A stretch of DNA of 64,000 bases from Macrostomum lignano (taxonomy: Eukaryota): positions 62,001 to 126,000 of the forward strand of contig NIVC01002731.1 of assembly GCA_002269645.1 (NCBI GenBank). Reading direction: 5' to 3'. Below are positions 1 through 12,754 of this stretch, in pieces. Every line of letters begins with the position of its first letter. Position 1 is the stretch's first letter. The translations under genes were made by a program, and so were the position numbers. Below the pieces are notes generated by a model. It was given only the letters and a program-made list of their open reading frames with translations. It was not told the DNA's origin and did not search any database.

Positions 1-139
1 TGCCTGCCTGTCTGTCTGTGTGTCTATCTATTTGTCTGTCTGTCTTTCTGTCTGTCCATTTGTCTATTTGCCTGTTTTTGCATTATCCACCCTTAAACTG
101 ACGAATAACTTCAAAATCTAATGTGTAGTATCAGAGACA

Positions 140-3100
140 ATGAGTACACAGCAATTGCAACTGTATGTTTCACAACCTCTCCAACCCAGCAGTCAGCAGA
201 GCCGCCCGTCAGTCCAGGAGATCCGACTGAACGAGCCAGACGAGGACGGGCTGACCCCGCTGATGCACGCAGCCGTGAGCAGCTTCGATCTGTTCAGCCT
301 CCTGCTGCAGTCTGGCGCCTCCGTGTCGCAGCTCTCAGCCAGAGACGAGTGCGTCTTGCATGTGCTGTTCCGCAATCTCAGCCGAGTGGATCGCATGGTA
401 GACAAAGTCCGCTTAGCTCTGGGCAGCGGGTTAGAAGAGATTATCGACCAGCAGGATACGGATGGTAATACGGTGCTCCATCATCTGGTGTCGCATGTTA
501 ATAACAATGTCCGGTACATTGACTTCGATTCTGTGCTGGTCATCGCCAGACTGGGGGATGCGTCTGCTCGGCAGCAGGCCGAGTACCAGAGGGACGTGCT
601 GGACTGCATGAGACTGGTGCTCAGCCACAACTGCAATCCTAGGCTGGCCAATGATAAGGTGCGTGTGGGCCTGGTTTTTTGGGAGATGGGATGCTGGGTG
701 TTTTGGGGAATGGGATTCTGGGTTTTGGGGGATGGGATTCTAGAATTTGGGGGATGGGATTCTGGAATTTGGGGGATGGGATTCTGGGTTTGGAGAGATG
801 GGATTCTGGGTTTGGGGGATGGGATTCTAGAATTTGGGGGATGGGATTCTAGAATTTGGGGGATGGGATTCTAAAATTTGGGGGATGGGATTCTGGAATT
901 TGGGGGATGTGATTATGGAATTTGGGGGATGGGATTATGGGTTTGGAGAGATAGGATTCTGGGTTTGGAGAGATGGGATTCTGGGTTTGGGGAGATGGGA
1001 TTCTGGTTTTTGGGGGTGGGATTCTGGGTTTGGGGAGATGGGATTCTGGGTTTTGGGGGATGGGATTCTGGGTTTGGGGAGATAGGATTCTGGGTTTGAG
1101 AGGTGGGATTCTGGGTTTAGGGAGATGGGATTCTGGGTTTTGGGGAATGGGATTCTGGGTTTGGGGGTGGATTCTGGGTTTTGGGGAATGGGATTCTGGG
1201 TTTGGGTAGATGGGATTCTGGGTTTTGGGGGATGGGATTTTGGGTTTGGAGAGATGATTTTCAGCGTTTTTGGTGATGTAATTCTAGTTTCTTTAGAATT
1301 TGAATGGGATCTTAGACTCTAAAGGATGGGATTACAGTATTTTTGGTAGTCGGCAAGGAGCTTTTTTAAGTGAAGCCAATTATTAAATCATTGTTTTGTT
1401 CCTCATCAGGGTGACACACCGTTCGGCCAGTTGCTATCCAGCTTCTATACATTCCTCACTTTCAATGTTGAGCCGAACTTCGCGGACCCGCTGTCATATC
1501 TGTACGTGTTCGACATGTCCGTTCTAGCCCAGTCAATGGACATGCTGCTGGCCGCTGGTTCGTGTCCCAACGAGCCCATACTCAGCGGCCAGATGCCAAT
1601 CAAGGTGCTGCTCAATGGCATATTGAACATCAGTCCGATTCAGTACGAAGAGCTGCGGCCCGGGTTCATGTCCGCACTCAGGTGCCTGTGCGAACGGGGG
1701 GCCAGGGTTAACTTTCAGATGAAGAATGACCAAGTGAGACTAATGCCTATTGCTTGTTCCTTTTTCACTCGGATCTGCCAATTTGAGGAGGGAGAGAGAG
1801 AGAGAAGAGGATTTTAGGGATTTCGAGAATATAGTATACGTAGGTTTCAGGTAATCTTTCAGGCGATCTTGTAATGTCTAGGATTTTAGGGATCTAAGAA
1901 TGTCTAGGATTTTAGGGATCTAAGAGTATCTAGGATTTTGAGGATCTAAGAGTATCTAGGATTTTGAGGATCTAAGAGTATCTAGGATTTTGAGGATCTA
2001 AGAGTGTCTAGGATTTTTAGGATCTGGGAATGTCTAGGATTTTTGGGATCTAAGAGTATCTAGGATTTTGAGGATCTAAGAGTATCTAGGATTTTGAGGA
2101 TCTAAGAGTGTCTAGGATTTTAGGGATCTGGGAATGTCTAAGATTTTTGGGATCTGGGAATGTCTAAGATTTTTGGGATCTGGGAATGTCTAGGATTTTG
2201 GGGATCTGGGAATGTCTAGGATTTTGGGGATCTGGGAATGTCTAAGATTTTTGGGTTTCGGGTTCAAAATATGCTAACGATGAGATGACTCCCATTGGCA
2301 TTGCTTCACCATTCTGATAGGGCAACTGCACGTCCCTGGTGGCCGCCTTGGCCGAGAACATTCTGAACATGGGCACCCCAGTCGGCATCGGGCCCCTGGT
2401 TCACAACGACGAGGCCAAACGGCTTAACGTGCAGTTCCTGGATGAAACCCTGCGGCTGCTGCTGTCGCACGGGCTCCGATTGAACGAACGGAGCCGACGG
2501 ACTGGCAGCCTGCCGTTCATGCACGGCGGCCGCGGCCACGCCCTGTCCGAGTTCCTGTCGCTGGCTAGGGTGCGTACTGTGTGAATGGGTAACTAACTTC
2601 GGCTGTGTGAATGGTTAACTGCGGATGTGTGAATGGGTAACTGTTGTATGTGTGAATGGTTAACTGCGGATGTGTGAATGGGTAACTGTTGCATGTGTGA
2701 ATGGGTAACTGCGGCTGTGTGAATGGGTAACTGCGGCTGTGTGAATGGGTAACTGCGCCTGTGTGAATGGGTAACTGCGGATGTGTGAATGGGTAACTAA
2801 ATTCGGCTGTGTGAATAGGTAACTGCGGATGTGTAAATGGGTAAATAACTTCGGCTGTGTGAATGGGTAACTGCGGATGTGTGAATGGTTAACTGCTGTA
2901 TGTGTGAATGGGTAACTACGGATGTGTGAATGGGTAACTGCGGATGTGTGAATGGGTAACTGTTGCATGTGTGAATGGGTAACTGCGGATGTGTGAATGG
3001 GTAACTAACTTCGGCTGTGTGAATGGGTAACTAACTTCGGCTGTGTGAATGGTAACTGCGGATGTGTGAATGGGTAACTGCGGATGTGTGAATGGTTAAC

Positions 3101-4962
3101 TGCTGTATGTGTGAATGGGTAACTACGGATGTGTGAATGGGTAACTGCATATGTGTGAATGGGTAACTGTTGCATGTGTGAATGGGTAACTGCGGATGTG
3201 TGAATGGGTAACTAACTTCGGCTGTGTGAATGGGTAACTAACTTCGGCTGTGTGAATGGGTAACTAACTTCGGCTGTGTGAATGGGTAACTGCGGATGTG
3301 TGAATGGGTAACTGCGGATGTGTGAATGGTTAACTGCTGTACGAGTATGTGTGAATGGATAACTGTTGTGTGTGTGAATGGGTAACTGCGGATGTGTGAA
3401 TGGGTAACTGCGGATGTGTGAATGGGTAACTGCGGATGTGTGAATGGGTAACTAACTTCGGCTGTGTGAATGGGTAACTGCGGATGTGTGAATGGGTAAC
3501 TGCGGATGTGTGAATGGGTAACTGCGGCTGTGTGAATGGGTAACTAACTTCGGCTGTGTGAATGGGTAACTGCGGATGTGTGAATGGGTAACTGTTGTAT
3601 GTGTGAATGGGTAACTGCGGATGTGTGAATAAGTAACTAACTTTGGCTGTGTGAATGGGTAACTGCGGATGTGTGAATGGTTAATTGCTGTATGGTTGAA
3701 TGGGTAACTGCGGATGTGTGAATGGGTAACTGTGGATGTGTGAATGGGTAACTGTTGCATGTGTGAATGGGTAACTGCGGATGTGTGAATGGGTAACTGC
3801 GGATATGTTAATGGGTAACTAACTTCGGCTGTGTGAATGGGTAACTGCGGATGTGTGAATGGGTAACTGCTGTACGAGTATGTGTGAATGGATAACTGTT
3901 TTGTGTGTGAATGGGTAACTGTGGATGTGTGAATGGGTAACTGCGGATGTGTGAATGGGTAACTGCGGCTGTGTGAATGGGTAACTAACTTCGGCCTTGT
4001 GAATGGGTAACTGCGGATGTGTGAATGGGTAACTGTTGTATGTGTGAATGGGTAACTGTTGTATGTGTGAATGGGTAACTGTTGTGTGTGTGAGTGGGGA
4101 ACTGTTGTATGTGTGAATGGTTAGCCGGTGTATGTGTGAATGGGTAACTTATGTATGTGTGAATGGGTAACTGGTGTCTGTGAATTGTTAACTGGTGTAT
4201 GTGTGAATTGTTAACTGGTGTATGTGTGAATGGGTAGCCGGTGTATTTGTGAATTGTTAACTGGTTTATGTGTGAATGGGTAACTGGGGATGTGTAAATG
4301 GGTAACTGGGGATGTGTGAATGGTTAACTAGGGATTTGGATTGGTATGTGATGCCGTGTGGATGGTAATTATAAGCTTGTTTGAGCAGTTTTTGTGAATA
4401 GAATGACAAGTTTAAATACACACTGTGACACGAATGCATTGCCCTCCAGGTGGTTGACGACATCACGGACGTGAGGTACATCAGCAAGTGGGTGCTCACC
4501 CTCATCCAGGCCGGCGCTGACCCCAACCTGGAGCCGTACTCAGCCGAGCCAACCATTGTGCACTCGCAGAGCTCAATTTACCTGCGCAGCTGCAGCACCC
4601 AGCCTCTCAATCTGTTCCTGCATCAGTGCAGAGAGTCTGGCTGCCGGCTGTTGCACGGTCCGCACGCGTGGCGCCTGCTCACCCTGCTGTTCCACTGCAC
4701 CCAGCAGCCTCTGGCCGATCGGATTGTGTCCGACTTTGTGGCCAAAATGAAACGGGAGGATCCGCGCTTTCTGAGGCTGAGCGAGATTCAAGCGCTTGGC
4801 CAGCGGCCGAGGAGTCTGAGACAGCTGTGCCGGCTGCGGCTGCACCGGCGGCTGATGGAGACTGCTAAAGAGGCTGTGCCCTACCAGCAGGCGGTGCGCT
4901 CCCTGCCGCTGCCCTACCAGCTGGTTAACTATATGCTGTTCTTCCAGCCCTGGGACGCTTGA
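140..4962 (+). CDS. Ankyrin repeat and SOCS box protein (ASB-like), 4 exons: 140-658, 1410-1733, 2321-2569, 4450-4962 (~534 aa)
   Basis: All introns are GT-AG and phase 0. Ankyrin motifs GLTPLMHAA, GNTVLHHLV and (spliced) DKGDTPFGQLL. C-terminal SOCS box PRSLRQLCRLRLH...LPLPYQLVNYML. An upstream exon outside the window cannot be excluded. Confidence 0.85.
680..1260 (+). repeat. G-rich ~22-bp minisatellite (GGGATTCTGGGTTTTGGGGGAT) in ASB intron 1
   Basis: Tandem copies are directly visible. Confidence 0.9.
1875..2255 (+). repeat. ~26-bp minisatellite (TCTAGGATTTTGAGGATCTAAGAGTA) in ASB intron 2
   Basis: Tandem copies are directly visible. Confidence 0.9.
2576..4330 (+). repeat. ~22-bp minisatellite (GTGTGAATGGGTAACTGCGGAT) filling ASB intron 3
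   Basis: Tandem copies are directly visible, starting a few bases after the donor at 2570. Confidence 0.95.
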
Positions 4963-5014
4963 GCACCTGGCGCCCAGTTGCTAGGGGCGGCCAATTGGAA
5001 TAAGCAAAATGGGC

Positions 5015-5830
5015 TGAATTATCTAGATTTGGGATTTTCATAGATTTAGGTTGGGATTATCTTGATTTGGGATTTTTATGGATTTGGGTTGGGATTATCT
5101 TGATTTGGGATTATCTAGATTTGGGATTATCTAGATTTGGGATTTTCATAGATTCAGGTTGGGATTATCTTGATTTGGGATTATCTAGATTTGGGATTAT
5201 CTAGATTTGGGATTTTCATAGATTCAGGTTGGGATTATCTTGATTTGGGATTATCTAGATTTGGGATTTTCATAGATTCAGGTTGGGATTATCTTGATTT
5301 GGGATTATCTAGATTTGGGATTTTCATAGATTCAGGTTGGGATTATCTTGATTTGGGATTTTCATAGATTCAGGTTGGGATTATCTTGATTTGGGATTTT
5401 CATAGATTCAGGTTGGGATTATCTTGATTTGGGATTATCTAGATTTGGGATTTTCATAGATTCAGGTTGGGATTATCTTGATTTGGGATTTTCATAGATT
5501 TAGGTTGTGATTATCTTGATTTGGGATTATTTAAATTTGGGATTTTCATAGATTCAGGTTGGGATTATCTTGATTTAGGATTATCTAGATTTGGGATTTT
5601 CATAGATTTAGGTTGTGATTATCTTGATTTGGGATTATCTAGATTTGGGATTTTCATAGATTTAGGTTGGGATTATTTCGATTTAGGATTTTTATGGATT
5701 CAGGTTGGGATTATTTCGATTTAGGATTTTCATAGATTTAGGTTGGGATTATTTCGATTTAGGATTTTCATGGATTTAGGTTGGGATTATTTCGATTTAG
5801 GATTTTCATGGATTCAGGTTGGGATTATTT
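5015..5830 (+). repeat. Compound minisatellite (GGGATTATCTAGATTT / GGGATTTTCATAGATTCAGGTT) 3' of ASB
   Basis: Tandem copies are directly visible. Confidence 0.9.
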
Positions 5831-6321
5831 TGATTTGGGATTTTCGTGATTGATATTAGTCAGACTTTGGGATTTATGGATTATTTTTTTAGTATCTAGA
5901 TATCGAATAAAAGGTTACGATTAGTCAGCCTCGCCTCATCAGTTCATGAGATGCTTACGATTTCATAATTAACATCAATTAAGATTTCTTAACTTTTCGT
6001 AAACAACAAGCTTGACTTTCTGTGTGCCTGTGTCATCAAATGCTATTGAGTCTGCATTATCTCATGATAAAATCGTTTTCCCATCATCATTCACTCTGTT
6101 TTCTCTTGGTAGTTATTATTATTAACTTTTACTTCTACGACCAAACAGAAGCTCTCATTGCAACAATGCTTGGTTAACTTAAATGTAATTTCGATGCTGT
6201 CTGTCGTTAATTTAATTAAATTATTTAATAATCCCCATAAATATATATTTTGAGATAAATGTACTTTGTACAATGTCTAACAGATATAAATATTGAAACA
6301 TTGAATTTCGTTTTTTAATGA

Positions 6322-7095
6322 GATCTGTCTAATGTGATGGACAAGATTCTGTCTAATGTGATGGACAAGATTCTGTCTAATGTGATGGACAAGATTCTGT
6401 CTAATGTGATGGACAAGATTCTGTCTAATGTGATGGACAAGATTCTGTCTAATGTGATGGACAAGATTCTGTCTAATGTGATGGACAAGATTGTCTAATA
6501 TGATGGTCAGGATTCTGTCTAATGTGATGGACAAGATTCTGTCTAATGTGATGGACAGGATTCTGTCTAATGTGATGGACAATATTCTGTCTAATGTGAT
6601 GGACAATATTCTGTCTAATGTGATGGAAAAGATTCTGTCTTATGTGATGGGGCAAGATTCTGTCTAATGTGATGGACAAGATTCTGTCTTATGTGATGGA
6701 AAAGATTCTGTCTTATGTGATGGGGCAAGATTCTGTCTAATGTGATGGACAAGATTCTGTCTTATGTGATGGAAAAGATTCTGTCTTATGTGATGGGGCA
6801 AGATTCTGTCTAATGTGATGGACAATATTCTGTCTAATATGGTGGACAAGATTCTGTCTAATATGGTGGAGAAGATTCTGTCTAATTTGATAGAGAAGAT
6901 TCTGTCTAATGTGATGGACAATATTCTGTCTAATATGGTGGACAAGATTCTGTCTAATATGGTGGAGAAGATTCTGTCTAATTTGATAGAGAAGATTCTG
7001 TCTAATTTGATAGAGAAGATTCTGTCTAATATGGTGGAGAAGATTCTGTCTAATTTGATAGAGAAGATTCTGTCTAATATGGTGGAGAAGATTCT
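6322..7095 (+). repeat. 24-bp minisatellite (GACAAGATTCTGTCTAATGTGATG)
   Basis: Tandem copies are directly visible; they explain the periodic ORFs at 6277-7194. Confidence 0.95.
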
Positions 7096-7235
7096 GTATA
7101 ACTGCAAGTTTAATTTACATGCAGTGAATCTGGTGTTAAATCGATAATATTTTGGACCACGTGGATTCCCCTGCCGTCCGTGACCATTAACCATGTGGGT
7201 ACTGCTGTCTGCATATATTGTGTACTCGTAGTACC

Positions 7236-9080
7236 TTAGCGACCGCGGTACCGTCTTGCACTATTCGAACTTGACGAAGTCCCGTGAGTCCTCGAGCCAG
7301 ACGAGGACGAGGCCACTGTCGCCGAGTCAGCGGAGTCAATCAGCCGTTCTTGGCAGCAGATCCTGGTCGCGTCAATGGTCTCGGCCAGGCTGACGGCAGA
7401 CAGGTCGCCAGCTGATGTCGGGTCGCTGCACATGTCGTCTTGCTGGTCTGCCGACTCTGCTGGCGGCACCCGGTACCAGACCTGCTGCCGCATCGCTGGC
7501 AGGCTGCGGTTCCTGCCTGGCCGCGGCGTCACGAGCGGCGGCGCGTGGGGCTCCGAGGAGAGCAGCGACAGGAAAGATAATTGTTGCTGTTGATCTTGCT
7601 GCTGTTGTTGCTGTGTCTGTTGCTTCTGGGGCGGCATCATCGGAATCCGCAGGTCAATGGTCTCGAACAGGTCAGAACCTGCCGGCACGGCGTGGCTGGC
7701 AGCGGGCGGCGGTGCTTTTTTCCTTGTCGAAGCCGACGACGGAAAGCCGCCGCCGCCGCCGCGGGAGCCGCCGCCTCGGTGACGCAGCCGGCCGGATCGC
7801 CAGAGCGCTGGCTGGCCGTTTCGCTCCAGCCGCTGCCTGGCCTCCCAAAGCTCCAACTCCGTCCGGCGCTCCCTGTGCTGCGCTGTCTCAGCCAGCCGGC
7901 GCCCCTCCGATGCTGCTAGGCGCGCTTTCTGCACCTCGCGTCGCGCCTCGGCGCGCAAATTTTCTGCACTTTTGCCGGCCTCTTCAAGGCGGTACTCGAC
8001 GTCGGCCAGCTTCTTGTCCTTCGCCAGCAGCTGCTGCTGGAGGCTGGCGGCCTGGCGGCTCAGACGGCCGATCTCGTGGCGCTGCAAACTCTCGGCGGCG
8101 CGCATGTCGTCGCGCTCGGCGCGCAGACGCTCGTAATCGTCAAGTAGCTGCCTGCGTGAATCGGGGAGAGGGCATTTTGTAAGCTCGAAATTTCCTTCTG
8201 TCGAAAGGAAATCTTTTTGCAACTTTGAAGCTGAATAACCTCGAAATTTTAGATCGTCCGAAGCTATCTAATCTAACACCAATGTCAGACCCCATCCAAC
8301 ACCAATGCCCCAATGTCACAGTCCATACAACACCAATGCCCCAATGTCACAGTCCATCCAACACCAATGTCCCAATGTCACAGTCCATACAACACCAATG
8401 CCCCAATGTCACAGTCCATACAACAACAATGCCCCAATGTCACAGTCCATCCAACACCAATGTCCCAATGTCACAGTCCATACAACACCAATGTCCCAAT
8501 GTCACAGTCCATACAACACCAATGCCCCAATGTCACAGTCCATACAACACCAATGCCCCAATGTCACAGTCCATACAACACCAATGCCCCAATGTCACAG
8601 TCCATACAACACCAATGCCCCAATGTCACAGTCCATACAACACCAATGCCCCAATGTCACAGTCCATACAACACCAATGCCCCAATATCACAGTCCATAC
8701 AACACCAATGCCCCAATGTCACAGTCCATACAACACCAATGCCCCAATGATAGAGTCGTTTTGACATTTCTCATCAAGCAGAGGACGATCCCCCTGCACC
8801 GCTCGTCCGTTGGGCCTCCTCACTTGAACAGCTGCAGCACGTCGTCTCCTGACGTGAGCATCGCCACTTTGCATGCCTTCTGCTGTCCAAGCCGCAGACT
8901 GTCAGGCAGTTGGAAGCCCAGCTGATGCAGTCGCTGGCTAATGACGCCAATTAGACACACGGCCAGGTGTTCGGGTGTCTCCGGGCAGGCCTGCAGATCT
9001 TGCTCCGGTATTGAGTACAGGGTGGAGCCTGAGTTTGCAGTGTTGGACGTGCAGGTGGATGGCTGACTTCTGGACTCCAT
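7236..9080 (-). CDS. Coiled-coil protein, 2 exons: 9080-8824 and 8151-7236; possibly ADIP/SSX2IP-family
   Basis: Donor AA|GTGAGG at 8823 and acceptor TTCACGCAG|G at 8152 join in phase 2 to give LFKQLLDDYERL. A long heptad-rich segment is followed by a low-complexity tail. The family call rests only on a remembered resemblance (LHQLGF, ERRTELE..ARQRL). Confidence 0.7.
8278..8750 (+). repeat. ~31-bp minisatellite (CCAATGTCACAGTCCATACAACACCAATGCC) in the coiled-coil gene intron
   Basis: Tandem copies are directly visible. Confidence 0.95.
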
Positions 9081-9487
9081 GATGGTTGGCAAATAAGCAC
9101 TAAAACTTGAGTTGGATGTTATGTAAAGCTAAACTTATGTAAGTGTAGTACTAGTAGCAACATATCTAGAGATGTCTTAATTAAAGTCTATGGACTTTAT
9201 GTTACGAGCTATTTTTGAAAATATATTCGTAAATGTTGCCACTTACATGTCAGTAAAGCGCACTTAATAAATGCATTTAAAATGAAATCAAACAAGACAT
9301 TAAAAATATCTTAATGCGTTCGGATTCTGTTTTATATTTAGATTATTTTCAAACTCTTTCACAAACGAGTCAAAAAGATTTTCAATACAGTTTGAAAAGT
9401 ACTTTCTCTATACTAGACTTTTTCAACAGTATCAAACTAACTCATGGCTCAGATTAGACTTGAAATTTTGTCGAATCCTGGAAAATA

Positions 9488-10222
9488 TCAGCCAAAGGGC
9501 GACAGGCACTCGCACAGGCCGTCTTTCGAGGTGTATATCTGAGCGGCGTCTCCCAAGGCAATGTGGGCGTAAACTACATCTTCGATGCCGTCTAAGTTAT
9601 TGGGCTCTCCGCTGGCCCACAGGCTGGCATCAATGCTGATGTTGCAGGCCACCCAGCGCCAGCCTCCGTTGGGCTCCGCACTGCCCGGAGTCTGGAAGCC
9701 GCCGACCCACATAGCGACGCCGCCACCCTTCGTGTTGTAAACTTGTCCGATGGCAGCCAGCTCGGCGCTGTCGATCACGTCCGCCATGATCACCAGACCG
9801 CTCTCCGACTCGCACCTCTGTCTCTGCACTGCCCAGGTGTTGGTCGCATTAAAGAGCTTGTACTTCACTCCGCAGTGGTCGTCTCCGAAGTCGGACGGAC
9901 ACAGCGCACCCGGCTCGAGTCCCAGCTGCTGCTTCACAAACACCCGGCCTCTCCTGGAGCAGCCGCAGTCCCTCACCGACTTGCTGCACTTGTCGAACAC
10001 GAACAGCTGGCACGGACCGTCAGCCAGGCTGAACGCCTGACAGCGCGGCTTCATGGTGCAGAGCAGCGAGCACTCGATGTCCGACCTGGCTCGAGGCTCG
10101 TTTCTCGTAAACTCGGGCCGGATGCAGAGAAAGCCAGACATGGCGTGGAACATTTGGCCTGACGACACACCGGGTGAGCTCAACAGCAGCAGCAGAAGCG
10201 ACGCAGTGTTAACAGATGCCAT
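9488..10222 (-). CDS. Secreted PAN/apple-like + C-type lectin protein (paralog 1), single exon, 244 aa
   Basis: Hydrophobic signal after MASVNT. PAN-like C-x3-C-x5-C-x-AF-x6-C. CLECT motifs TWAVQRQRC, MWVGG, WRW, WASGEPNN and a terminal CEC. Confidence 0.85.
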   Translation of the reverse strand: MASVNTASLLLLLLSSPGVSSGQMFHAMSGFLCIRPEFTRNEPRARSDIECSLLCTMKPRCQAFSLADGPCQLFVFDKCSKSVRDCGCSRRGRVFVKQQLGLEPGALCPSDFGDDHCGVKYKLFNATNTWAVQRQRCESESGLVIMADVIDSAELAAIGQVYNTKGGGVAMWVGGFQTPGSAEPNGGWRWVACNISIDASLWASGEPNNLDGIEDVVYAHIALGDAAQIYTSKDGLCECLSPFG

Positions 10223-11292
10223 TCGGTAGCTCGTTCGAGCCAGCTTCCAAGCTTTCAATAATTTCAGAGCTCCGGCAAGCACAGAACCGCAGGGGCCGGG
10301 CTCGGTTGGCTTGCCGCTCGCCAGAAGCGACTAAATAAAGTCAATTTGAGAACCTGGGCTCCGGCAGAATCAACAAGGCGACAGATCGGGCCGGATTGTC
10401 GCAATAAATATTGAATTTTGAATAAAAAAATCTTGCACCTGTTCGTCTGCTGCTGTCAGCTTGAGTAATACGATTGACAGGGCTGTCTGAGTCTGCAGCA
10501 CCTGTCTTGCATCCAAAGGCTATTGACTCAGCTCCAACTTCCCTTAAGTACGCGCTTGATTGACTTTAGCAAGCTTTCATCGATCATGAATTGCGTTGCG
10601 AGTTGACGATAATTATCATCTCTCAAGGAGGGATATCTGTTACAAGATCGTGAAGAGAGTTACTGTGAGCTTCAGCATATTTTCAGAAATGCCAATTAAA
10701 CTGATAGTGCCTGAAAAAACCGTTTGTGTAAGCAGCTGACGAGCGGGCATACTGCTGTTGTAATTGCAATAATTCAATTCAATTGCGCCTTTTCTTACTG
10801 TTTGCAAAAAATAAATGCGTAATATGTTGTCATGCGCCATCTTTGTATTCAGTTGTTTTACTCATAGTAGTAGAAAGTGCATTCCTAGACTCATTTATTG
10901 CGTTTCTCCCGTACCTCTTGCTCCCCTTACTCCTAATCAATACCTGAATACGGTGCAATATTGACGCCAGTCACTCTTTAAAACGTTTCCAAAAAACTCC
11001 TTACATACGTGTTTCGACAAACGCAAGAAACTGAAACAGTGCAAGAGCCATCAGACAAATATTGCTTGCAAAACAAATTTGAATTCGTTATTTTTATTTT
11101 TTGCTTCAGTCTCAAAACAGCCGTGCCACACGCAATCGTGCATATTTCTTATAAAGTTCGAACTCTATGCCACAATTTACCAACAACAAAGGGTATTTAA
11201 CCCAACTCAGAAAATGTTTCCAATTGTAAAAGTTTCACCCGGGCACGCAGTGCTAAAAATATGCTTTCATAATATTCTCCTTTTTCCGTTTG

Positions 11293-12033
11293 TCAGTCAA
11301 AGGGCGACAGGCACTCGCACAGGCCGGCTCTGTTGGTGTTGGAATTCGGGGCGTCTCCCAAGACAGTACTGGCGAAAACTGCGTCCTCGCTGCCACCGTA
11401 GTTATTGGGCTCGATGGTGGCCCACAGGCTGGCGTCAAAGCTGATGTTGCAGGCCACCCAGCGCCAGCCTCCGTTGGGCTCCGCACTGCCCGGAGTCTGG
11501 AAGCCGCCGACCCACATAGCGACGCCGCCAGCCTTCGTGCTGTAAACTTGTCCGATGGCAGCCAGCTCGGCACTGTCGATCACGTCCGCCATGATCACCA
11601 GACCGCTCTCCGACTCGCACCTCTGTCTCTGCACTGCCCAGGTGTTAACCGCATTGAACAGCTTGTACCTCACTCCGCAGAAGTCGTCTCCGTAGTCGGA
11701 CGGACACAGCGCACCCGGCTCGAGTCCCGGCTGCTGCTTCACAAACACCCGGCCTCTTCTGGAGCAGCCGCAGTCCCTCACCGACTTGCTGCACTTGTCG
11801 AACACGAACAGCTGGCACGGACCGTCAGCCAGGCTGAACGCCTGACAGCGCGGCTCCATGCTGCAGAGCATCGAGCACTCGAGAACAGTGCCAAAGCTCG
11901 AGAAATTTCTTGTAAACTCGGGCTTGACACACAGGAATCCAGTAATTTTCGCATAGATGTTAGTCAGTGAGCCTTGGCAATGAGCCTGCAGCAGAAGTCT
12001 CAGTGACAGAATTAGCAGCAAAGTCTTTGACAT
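11293..12033 (-). CDS. Secreted PAN/apple-like + C-type lectin protein (paralog 2), single exon, 246 aa
   Basis: Same architecture as 9488-10222, with an EPN motif; tandem duplicate offset by 1805 bp. Confidence 0.85.
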   Translation of the reverse strand: MSKTLLLILSLRLLLQAHCQGSLTNIYAKITGFLCVKPEFTRNFSSFGTVLECSMLCSMEPRCQAFSLADGPCQLFVFDKCSKSVRDCGCSRRGRVFVKQQPGLEPGALCPSDYGDDFCGVRYKLFNAVNTWAVQRQRCESESGLVIMADVIDSAELAAIGQVYSTKAGGVAMWVGGFQTPGSAEPNGGWRWVACNISFDASLWATIEPNNYGGSEDAVFASTVLGDAPNSNTNRAGLCECLSPFD

Positions 12034-12754
12034 CTTACCGAACTAGCAATGCATGTTCTAGGTATTGCCAGTTGAATTCTACTTTTCTATATTTATAGAC
12101 AAGTTCTTCGAATTTTGGCTATGGGTGGCATCAGTGGTTTCATTTCTGTTCTGTTCTTATAGACTGTCGGGCAGCTTTAGTTTTTCTGATTTTCTGAAAG
12201 CTTTTACTGAGTATGTCTGATGAAGCCCATCAGTTACCCATCAGCTGCACGTTCAATTCTGTGGAAGTCTGCAAACAATGCGCTCTTCCTTGGCTTTCAC
12301 TGTCTTCCTGCACGCGTGACTGCTGACTCCAGTCCTGCCGGATGCGAGCTTCACGTGACAGTGCCATCGTCTCACTCAATGTCTTGTGTTTCCTTTGCCC
12401 AAACTTTTAATTGACTGAAAGCATCTTTCTTTCTAATCTTCTGTTGGTTGCTTAGCAACCGATGAAATAGACAGACAGACAAGCTGAAGTCACGCGAGTC
12501 GACTCATGGCCATGCATGTATTAGCTATGCCCAACGAAGTTTGTCTGCAATTTTATACGTCGTCTACCTCTACTGTTAGTAGTACGATTCAAGTGCAAAT
12601 AGATTTATATATAGTTAAATGATAAATGTCCGTGATTTACTAATTACATGAATTGTCTGGATTTTTGGAAATATTCTAGTAATTGTTTTTTCTAATCACC
12701 CATTTGGCTGATGCACGCCTACTAGTAAGCTGTTTGCAAGCACATCTTGTTGAT

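Noticed and set aside
659-1322. W/G-rich ORFs, including the extension of the ASB ORF to 874
   Set aside because: Translations of the intron 1 minisatellite; a GT donor at 659 ends the exon
6277-8925. Periodic ORFs (ITLDRILS, MSQSIQHQCPN)
   Set aside because: They lie in minisatellites; the period equals the repeat unit
12220-12414. Short ORFs between lectin 2 and the mariner remnant
   Set aside because: No recognisable motif or consistent splice partner; at most a UTR exon
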